Shown: positions 25,497-32,000 of the stretch, piece after piece
Numbering within the stretch: the first letter of the stretch is position 1
How the letters are laid out: the number at the start of each line of letters is the position of its first letter
Source of the DNA: Pseudaquidulcibacter saccharophilus
GTDB taxonomy: Bacteria > Pseudomonadota > Alphaproteobacteria > Caulobacterales > Aquidulcibacteraceae
DNA length: 32,000 nt
Reading direction: 5' to 3'
Assembly: GCF_019455445.1 (NCBI RefSeq)
Contig: NZ_JAHWUS010000001.1
Location: forward strand, 855,856-887,855
Notes under the pieces: generated by a model
Seen by the model: the letters and a program-made list of their open reading frames with translations, nothing else
The model's database searches: none
What the model was told of the DNA's origin: nothing
Translations under genes and position numbers: made by a program

Positions 25497-26732
25497 ATGG
25501 GACAAGCAACTTCTAATCTAAGCCTAATTTTATTTTTTGCCGTTGCGTTAATTTTATTATTGGCCGCAATCTGGTATCTTATGGGCAGCTTGAAAAAAAG
25601 CGAAGCGCCGGCAATTGATGGCAACTCAATTTATAAAAGACAGCTCGAAGAATTGAAACAATCGCTTGAATTAGGGCAGATTGACGAAACCGATTACGAG
25701 AATGCCCGTCTTGAAATCGGGCGTCGTATGGCGCGTAATAAACGTGAAAGTGTACAAATATCTTCCCCGATTAATCCGCGCTATGTGGCATTATTAATTG
25801 GTCTGTTTGGTCTTTCAACAATTGCAACCTATTTCTTTGTTGGTTCACCGGGTTTTGGCGATATGCCAATTGCCAAACGCGAAAAAGAATTATTGGCGCG
25901 TGACCCCAACACTTTAACCACTGGCGAAATTAAACTTATTATCGAACAAAAAATGCGCGAAAAGCCAAATGACGCAACACCGCATCTTTTGATGGGAAAA
26001 ATCCTTGCCGGTGAGGGGCGCGATGATGAGGCGCTTCGTGCCTATCAGGCTGCTTTAAGACGTGAAGATAAAAACCCGGAAATCTATGCCGAAATCGGCG
26101 GTGTTATCTTTAGGCTTTCTGGAAATGTAGCATCCCCTGAAAGCAATGGTGCTATCAAAGATGCCTTGGCGCTTGATAAAAATAATATGACCGCGCTTTT
26201 TTATTCTGGTCAGTTTAAATGGGCGGCGGGTGATAAAACCGGTGCAATGGATATTTGGCGTGATGCGTGGCAACGGTTCCCGTCAAAAGATGAAAATCAA
26301 CCAAGTCAACAGCAATTTGGTCTTTTGACCCGTATTGTGCCTGAAATTTCAAAACTTGAAAAAGGCCCGATGATGGGCGGTAAAAAAGGCCCTATGATGG
26401 GTGGCGCAATGGGCGGTGGCGCGATGGGCGCTTCAGAAGCACCATTCATGGCGGCAATGGCGGCCGGTGGTAATCCACAGGATTTCATCAAAACCATGGT
26501 TCAAAACCGTGTTGATGCACTTAAACAATCGCCAGATGATATTGGTTTGCGGGTTTCTGTTATCAAAGTTTTGTTGACATCAGGCAAGATTGATGAAGCC
26601 AAGAAAACCTATGAAGATGGCATAAATCTGTATAAAAATGACAAATTTAAAACCCAAATATTGGAAGTGGCGGCAATGATGTTACAATCATCGCAACCAG
26701 GCACTGATAATGGCGGAAATATGGGTGGTTAA
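25497..26732 (+). CDS. ccmI: Cytochrome c maturation protein CcmI (CycH)
   Basis: Two N-terminal TM helices flank a charged loop (YKRQLEELKQSLELGQIDETDYENARLEIGRRMAR), followed by a TPR-like periplasmic domain. It sits upstream of ccmEFH as in cycHJKL operons. Confidence 0.85.
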   Translation: MGQATSNLSLILFFAVALILLLAAIWYLMGSLKKSEAPAIDGNSIYKRQLEELKQSLELGQIDETDYENARLEIGRRMARNKRESVQISSPINPRYVALLIGLFGLSTIATYFFVGSPGFGDMPIAKREKELLARDPNTLTTGEIKLIIEQKMREKPNDATPHLLMGKILAGEGRDDEALRAYQAALRREDKNPEIYAEIGGVIFRLSGNVASPESNGAIKDALALDKNNMTALFYSGQFKWAAGDKTGAMDIWRDAWQRFPSKDENQPSQQQFGLLTRIVPEISKLEKGPMMGGKKGPMMGGAMGGGAMGASEAPFMAAMAAGGNPQDFIKTMVQNRVDALKQSPDDIGLRVSVIKVLLTSGKIDEAKKTYEDGINLYKNDKFKTQILEVAAMMLQSSQPGTDNGGNMGG

Positions 26733-26743
26733 AAGGTGTTGAT

Positions 26744-27208
26744 ATGAAAAGACGGCATAAAACCCTAATTTGGATTGCGTTGGGCGCGGTAGTTCTTGGC
26801 GGCGGCACGGTTTTGGGTGCGGTTGCAATGAAAAAGACAGTGTCATTTTTCTATGCGCCAAAAGATGTTTTGGTTACACCGCCAAAACTTAACCGTGAGG
26901 TTCGGCTTGGCGGTCTGGTATTAACCGGAAGCCTTAAGCACACCACTGATGGCACAATTAATTTTGTGGTTACCGATAATGTTGCCAATGTTAATGTTAC
27001 CTATAAAGGCATTGTTCCCGACCTTTTCCGCGAGGGGCAGGGGGTTATTGCCGAGGGTAAGTTTACCGACAACACACATTTCAAGGCAGAAAGAATTTTG
27101 GCAAAACATGATGAAAATTATGTTCCTAAAGAGGTTGCCGATTCTTTGAAAAAATCCGGTGAATGGCGCGGCCCTGAAGCCGCATTAAAAGAACAAAAAC
27201 AGCCATAA
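26744..27208 (+). CDS. ccmE: Heme chaperone CcmE (CycJ)
   Basis: Membrane anchor, the blocks RLGGLV, YKGIVPDLFREGQGVIAEG, and the heme-binding His context AKHDENYVPKEV. Confidence 0.95.
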   Translation: MKRRHKTLIWIALGAVVLGGGTVLGAVAMKKTVSFFYAPKDVLVTPPKLNREVRLGGLVLTGSLKHTTDGTINFVVTDNVANVNVTYKGIVPDLFREGQGVIAEGKFTDNTHFKAERILAKHDENYVPKEVADSLKKSGEWRGPEAALKEQKQP

Positions 27209-27228
27209 TGCTGTGAAAAGGTAATTTA

Positions 27229-29205
27229 ATGATTGTTGAAATTGGGCATTTTGCATTAATCCTTGCTATGTTTGCGGCATTGGCACAAAGCTGTGCAGGT
27301 TTAATCGGTGGGCAGCGCGCGGATTACCGTTTTTACACTTTCACAAAACGCGCAACCGACATCACGTTCGTTGCGGCTGCGGTTGCCTTAATTGCGCTTA
27401 TCCATGCCTATCTTACCAGTGACTTTTCGGTTAAAAATGTGGTTGAAAATTCCCATTCACTTAAGCCGCTGATTTATAAAATCGCTGGTTCATGGGGCAA
27501 TCACGAAGGTTCAATGCTGCTTTGGGCATTGGTTGGCGCAGGTTTTGCAACCTTTTTATCCCATTCAAAAGAAGAATTAGTTTGGACCTTGAAATCACGC
27601 GCATTGGGCGTGCAAGGTTTGATTGTGGCATTGGTAATTGCCTATGTTGTTTTTGCCTCAAACCCATTCATTCGTCTGCCTAATCCACCATTCCAAGGCA
27701 ATGATTTAAACCCATTATTGCAGGATCCGGCATTGGCGGCTCACCCACCATTTTTATATTTGGGTTATGTGGGCTTGTCGTTGGTTTATTCACTGGCAAT
27801 TGCTGGCTTGCTTGATGGCAAGGTTGATGCGGTTTGGGCAAGGATTATTCGCCCTTGGGCGCTTGCATCATGGGTGTTTCTAACTGTTGGTATCTTACTT
27901 GGTGCTTATTGGGCATATTATGAACTTGGCTGGGGCGGCTGGTGGTTTTGGGATCCGGTTGAGAATGCATCATTCATGCCTTGGTTGCTCGGCACTGCAT
28001 TGTTACACTCGGCAATTGTAACTGAAAAACGTGGTGCCTTGGCGGCATGGACGGTATTGCTTGCGATTTTGGCCTTCTCTTTATCGCTTTTGGGTACATT
28101 CCTCGTTCGTTCGGGTGTTTTGACATCGGTTCACGCCTTTGCACTTGATCCAAAACGCGGGGTTTGGATATTGCTTATTTTGGCATTATTCACCGGTGGC
28201 GGCTTGTTGCTTTATGGCCTGCGTGCCGGCGTTATGAATAGTGATAAAGGGATGTTTGCGCCCGTATCACGCGAAACCGCATTGGTTTTGAACAATTTAT
28301 TCTTGGTGGTTGCCACACTTACAATTTTGGTCGGCACTCTTTACCCGCTTTTGGGTGAAGCGATTTATGGTCGGGCAATCTCGGTTGGTGCGCCATATTT
28401 TAATGCGGTATTCACACCATTAATGTCGATTATTTTGGTGTTCTTACCAGTTGCCAGTTTCTTTTCTTGGAAAAGATCTAAAATTAGTACACATGCCAAA
28501 AAACTTATTCCGGCATTGATAATTGCAATTATTGGCGGGCTTGTGGTGGCATTTATTGCGCAAAACAAGCCAATGAGCGCGGTTGGCGTGTCATTGGGCG
28601 TTTGGTTGGTGCTTGGCGCGTTTTCTGAATTCCTACAAAAAGCTGGTCTTGGCAAAAGCAATGATGTCGTAAAACGTGCTTTTGCATTGCGCCCGATGTA
28701 TTGGGGTATGTTTATTGCCCATTTGGGGGTCGGCGTATTCGTTATTGGTGCTGTGGTTGAAACCTCTTTCCAAAAAGAACAAACTTTTGCAATTGGCATT
28801 GGCGAAACTGTACAGTTTGAAGGTCGTAAAATTACCCTCGATAAAATTGCCTCATTAGAAGGGCCAAACTTTTATTCAGATGCGGCGCAAATTTCGGTTA
28901 ATGATGGCAAAAAGACAATTATCCTTAACCCTGCGCGGCGTTATTATCCGGCGGCAAAAATGCCAACCACCGAGGTGGATCGTAAAGCAAGCCTTTTCGG
29001 TGAATTATACATGGCATTAGGTGAACCAAATTCAGAAAGTGGTGCATCAAAGTGGGTGTTACGGGTTTATTTCAACCCATTCATTGGATGGATTTTTGGT
29101 GGTTATTTCTTGATTGCTTTGGGCGGACTTCTAAGTTTGGCGGATCGTGGCCTTCGGGTTGCTGCACCAAAGGCATCAGGTGATATTGCAAAGGCGGCGT
29201 CATGA
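27229..29205 (+). CDS. ccmF: Cytochrome c heme lyase subunit CcmF (CycK)
   Basis: 658-aa polytopic protein with the tryptophan-rich WWD motif GGWWFWDPVENASFMPW. Confidence 0.95.
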   Translation: MIVEIGHFALILAMFAALAQSCAGLIGGQRADYRFYTFTKRATDITFVAAAVALIALIHAYLTSDFSVKNVVENSHSLKPLIYKIAGSWGNHEGSMLLWALVGAGFATFLSHSKEELVWTLKSRALGVQGLIVALVIAYVVFASNPFIRLPNPPFQGNDLNPLLQDPALAAHPPFLYLGYVGLSLVYSLAIAGLLDGKVDAVWARIIRPWALASWVFLTVGILLGAYWAYYELGWGGWWFWDPVENASFMPWLLGTALLHSAIVTEKRGALAAWTVLLAILAFSLSLLGTFLVRSGVLTSVHAFALDPKRGVWILLILALFTGGGLLLYGLRAGVMNSDKGMFAPVSRETALVLNNLFLVVATLTILVGTLYPLLGEAIYGRAISVGAPYFNAVFTPLMSIILVFLPVASFFSWKRSKISTHAKKLIPALIIAIIGGLVVAFIAQNKPMSAVGVSLGVWLVLGAFSEFLQKAGLGKSNDVVKRAFALRPMYWGMFIAHLGVGVFVIGAVVETSFQKEQTFAIGIGETVQFEGRKITLDKIASLEGPNFYSDAAQISVNDGKKTIILNPARRYYPAAKMPTTEVDRKASLFGELYMALGEPNSESGASKWVLRVYFNPFIGWIFGGYFLIALGGLLSLADRGLRVAAPKASGDIAKAAS

Positions 29206-29672
29206 AAAAGTTTTTCTCGTCAATAATTTTGCTTTTGGGCTTTGTTGCGGTCAATGCCTTTGCCCAGGATTTAGACCCAAAACAGAATGAGCGTTATAAT
29301 AACCTTGCGCAGGAAATCCGCTGCGTGGTTTGTCAATCTGAACCGGTTGCAACCTCATCGGCAAAAATCGCTGCCGATATGCGCGATGTTATTAAAGAGC
29401 ATATTTTAAAAGGCGAATCGGATAACCAAATTCGCAAATATTTTGCCAATCACTATGGTGAATATGTTTTGTTGCGCCCGCAATTAAGCGCGGCAACAAT
29501 TGCGCTTTGGGCCTCACCCTTTATACTTTTGATAATGGGGGGCGCGGTTATTCTTTTGCTTATGGGTAAATTAAAATCAACTCCTGAAGAGATTCCACCT
29601 GAAAGCATTCCAACTAAAACTGAAGAAGATGCAGAGGCGCTTGCGGCGCTAAAAGAACTCGAAGAAAAATAA
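29202..29672 (+). CDS. ccmH: Cytochrome c maturation thiol-redox protein CcmH (CycL)
   Basis: Signal peptide, a CXXC motif (IRCVVCQSE) and a C-terminal TM helix. It has an ATGA overlap with ccmF. Confidence 0.9.
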   Translation: MKKFFSSIILLLGFVAVNAFAQDLDPKQNERYNNLAQEIRCVVCQSEPVATSSAKIAADMRDVIKEHILKGESDNQIRKYFANHYGEYVLLRPQLSAATIALWASPFILLIMGGAVILLLMGKLKSTPEEIPPESIPTKTEEDAEALAALKELEEK

Positions 29673-30014
29673 TTATTTCTTTATGAAAAATTCTTCTGCC
29701 CCAAGTTTTGCAAGGCGGGCATTGTGAAGATTTGCGCCGCGTCGGAAAAATGCCAAAAATTGGTCAATTTCGCGAAAGGCGGAGTAATTGATTGATATTG
29801 GGCGAAATTGGCGGTCTTTTCCACGAATGACTAATCCCGCTTTTTCCAAAACCTTTATGTGTTTAGATATCGCGGGCAAAGAAATATCAAATGGCTTTGC
29901 AAGCTCATTAATAGTGTAATTGTTATTTACTGCCCCATTATCACAAAGGCGGGTTAAAATATTGCGCCGCGTCTCGTCGGATAAAGCATGGAAAATCAAA
30001 TCTATTTTGTTCAT
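29673..30014 (-). CDS. ArsR/SmtB-family transcriptional regulator
   Basis: Has IFHALSDETRRNILTRL and a helix-turn-helix INELAKPFDISLPAISKHIKVLEKAGLV. There is no CxC metal-site motif. Confidence 0.9.
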   Translation of the reverse strand: MNKIDLIFHALSDETRRNILTRLCDNGAVNNNYTINELAKPFDISLPAISKHIKVLEKAGLVIRGKDRQFRPISINYSAFREIDQFLAFFRRGANLHNARLAKLGAEEFFIKK

Positions 30015-30025
30015 CGCATCACCTT

Positions 30026-30051
30026 ATTATTTAACCGATTCATTAAATAAT
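30026..30051. promoter_or_regulatory. Candidate ArsR-type operator (9-bp inverted repeat)
   Basis: ATTATTTAA (30026-30034), an 8-nt spacer, then TTAAATAAT (30043-30051). It starts 12 nt upstream of the arsR-like start codon. A third TTAAATAAT lies at 30075-30083. Confidence 0.4.
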
Positions 30052-30247
30052 GTGTTCTTTATTAAACTAAATGGTTAAATAATACAAGTGGCTAAACATT
30101 ACAGAAAATTATGTTTCAATTGCCAAAAACCTATATATTATTGCACAATAAAGCAGAGAATTATGTTTTTAGACATTGTTTAGCCATAATTAATGCCAAT
30201 ATTTGTAATGTTAGGAAAATATGTATTCCACATTATCGGAGAGGTTA

Positions 30248-31774
30248 ATGGAACAAAAATCAAAACCAAGTTTCTTGAAAAGGCCTGTAATGACTGGTGC
30301 GGCTGCGGTGGCGCTTGGTATTGCAGCATTTGGTGCAGGGCAAGTGCTTTCGCCAAATCTTTTAAAGGCACAGGCAATTCAGGCACAGGCACCGATGGCG
30401 GCTTCCGCATTGCCAAGTTTTGCTGATTTGGTGGAACGGGTTTCCCCTGCTGTGGTTTCTATTGAGGTTACCAAGTCAATTCCGGATCAATCTGATGATG
30501 AATTAGAAGCGCAATTGCAACAAGTTCCTCCTGAAATGCGCCCATTCTTGCGCAATATGCCAAAAAATAAAAGTGGCGGTGAAGCGCGTGGCGGCGGTTC
30601 TGGTTTCTTCATTTCTGCTGACGGTTATATCGTAACTAATAATCACGTGGTTTCTGACGCCAGCAAAATTACAGTTACCCTTAAAGACGGCAAAGAATTA
30701 CCGGCCAAGGTAATTGGTACGGATGAAAGAACCGATATTGCGGTTATCAAGGTTGAAGGTGCAAATTACCGCTATGTACAATTTGAAACCAATACCAACG
30801 TTCGTGTTGGCGATTGGGTGGTTGCAATTGGTAACCCATTCGGTCTTGGCGGCACGGCAACTGCGGGTATTGTCTCGGCATTGGGCCGTGAAGATGTGGG
30901 CGGTCAAAATATCGCCGACTTTATCCAAATTGATGCGCCGATTAACCCTGGTAACTCTGGTGGTCCAACCTTTGACATGCAGGGTCGCGTAATCGGTATT
31001 AATACCGCGATTGTTTCCGGTTCTGGTGGTAATATTGGTATTGGCTTTGCGGTTCCTTCTTCAACTGCGGTGCGTGTGACACAGCAATTGATGAAAGGTG
31101 GACAGGTTGCTTATGGCTGGCTTGGTGTTGGCATTGGTGATTTGTCACCAGACCTTGCTGATGCATATGGTGTTGGTAATGTGAAGGGCGCAATTGTTGG
31201 CTCTGTTAATGTTGGTTCACCTGCGGCAAAAGCGGGTTTGAAACGTGGCGATGCGATTGTTAAATTTAACGATCAACCAATTAATGGTGCATCCGACCTT
31301 ACCCGTCGTGTTGGTGGAACCGAAGTCGGCAAAACCGTTAAACTTGAAATTATTGATGCATCAGGCAAAAAACGGGTTGCGAATGTTTTAATTGCGCCGC
31401 GCCCATCTGAAAAACAATTGGCACAACTTGACGACCCAAAAGATAATTCGGTGGTTGCCGATACCAAGGTCACAAGTGGCACAAGCCTCGGCATGACGGT
31501 TTCTTCTTTGACCCCAACTGCAAAACAACGTCTTCGCCTTGATAGTGATACATCTGGCGTTTTAATCACCGACATTGATGATAAATCAGATGCGGCGAAA
31601 AAAGGTATTGCTGCGGGCATGGCAATTCTTGAGGCCAATGGTCAAAATGTTGGTACCCCAAAAGATCTTGAAAATGCCATCAAAGACGCAAAACGTCAGG
31701 GCAAAAAATCAATTCCAATATATGTACAAACCCCACAAGGTCGCGGTGCATATCTTGCGATATTAATTGGCTAA
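30248..31774 (+). CDS. degP: Periplasmic serine endoprotease DegP/HtrA (Do family, two PDZ domains)
   Basis: Catalytic triad contexts TNNHVV (His), TDIAVIKV (Asp) and GNSGGP (Ser), plus two PDZ-like regions. I prefer the ATG at 30248 (GGAGAGG just upstream) over the tracked ATG at 30221. Confidence 0.92.
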   Translation: MEQKSKPSFLKRPVMTGAAAVALGIAAFGAGQVLSPNLLKAQAIQAQAPMAASALPSFADLVERVSPAVVSIEVTKSIPDQSDDELEAQLQQVPPEMRPFLRNMPKNKSGGEARGGGSGFFISADGYIVTNNHVVSDASKITVTLKDGKELPAKVIGTDERTDIAVIKVEGANYRYVQFETNTNVRVGDWVVAIGNPFGLGGTATAGIVSALGREDVGGQNIADFIQIDAPINPGNSGGPTFDMQGRVIGINTAIVSGSGGNIGIGFAVPSSTAVRVTQQLMKGGQVAYGWLGVGIGDLSPDLADAYGVGNVKGAIVGSVNVGSPAAKAGLKRGDAIVKFNDQPINGASDLTRRVGGTEVGKTVKLEIIDASGKKRVANVLIAPRPSEKQLAQLDDPKDNSVVADTKVTSGTSLGMTVSSLTPTAKQRLRLDSDTSGVLITDIDDKSDAAKKGIAAGMAILEANGQNVGTPKDLENAIKDAKRQGKKSIPIYVQTPQGRGAYLAILIG

Positions 31775-31798
31775 TCCTGAATAAAGATTGGATATAAA

Positions 31799-32000
31799 AT
31801 GAGAGTATTAATTGTTGAAGATGCCGTTGATACCGCAAAATTTATGGCACGCGCCATAGAAGATGCTGGTCATGCTGCCGATGTCTGCCACAATGGTGCC
31901 GAAGGTGAGTTAAAGGCGCGCACGCTTTCTTATGATGTGCTGGTTTTTGACCGTATGTTACCGGGCAAAGATGGTATGCAGGTTGTCGAAGATTTGCGCA
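31799..32000 (+). CDS. OmpR-family response regulator, 3'-truncated by the window edge
   Basis: My own translation is MRVLIVEDAVDTAKFMARAIEDAGHAADVCHNGAEGELKARTLSYDVLVFDRMLPGKDGMQVVEDLR. This shows receiver-domain acidic residues and the phospho-acceptor context VFDRMLPG. It is absent from the ORF track because no stop falls within the window. Confidence 0.85.
   Translation, partial: MRVLIVEDAVDTAKFMARAIEDAGHAADVCHNGAEGELKARTLSYDVLVFDRMLPGKDGMQVVEDLR

Noticed and set aside
30121-30140. An RpoH/sigma32-like promoter for degP, based on CCTATAT at 30130-30136
   Set aside because: No CTTG-type -35 element lies at the required 16-18 nt distance.
30111-30248. 45-codon upstream ORF ending in TAATG overlapping the degP start
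   Set aside because: It has no Shine-Dalgarno, and its Asn/Ile/Cys-rich composition reflects the AT-rich spacer. Its open length is only mildly unusual. Conservation or ribosome-profiling evidence would be needed.

Overview
This 32-kb window looks like a chromosomal segment of a moderately AT-rich alphaproteobacterium. That assignment is inferred from gene content and synteny only. Nearly all genes are on the + strand. In order: a 5'-truncated DUF218 gene, plsC, rplU-rpmA, obg-proB, an untracked 59-codon membrane ORF, an EVE-domain gene and a convergent class A PBP. Next comes a 12.2-kb RcGTA-type gene transfer agent (GTA) head-tail cluster of 15 tightly coupled ORFs (7378-19610). After it are a CbpA-like J-domain gene, a C26 glutamine amidotransferase, and a PepSY gene with an OmpR-type regulator and a PhoQ-like kinase. 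Then come an AT-rich 457-aa orphan ORF, ccmI-ccmE-ccmF-ccmH, a convergent ArsR-family regulator, degP/htrA and the start of another response regulator. I found no rRNA, tRNA, CRISPR array, IS element or integrase. The dominant system is the GTA cluster, which belongs to a known class, and I cannot show a truly novel system from sequence alone. The points most worth follow-up are the cluster's deviations from the RcGTA blueprint: no g1/TerS ORF, no g7 ORF, a forced TTG start on TerL, and an inverted repeat at the operon 5' end. Others are the holin-like mini-ORF at a synteny break after proB, the AT-rich orphan ORF at 24020-25393, a Met/Gly-rich tandem repeat inside CcmI, and several intergenic repeats and palindromes. 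All functional calls rest on motif recognition by eye; no database search was run.
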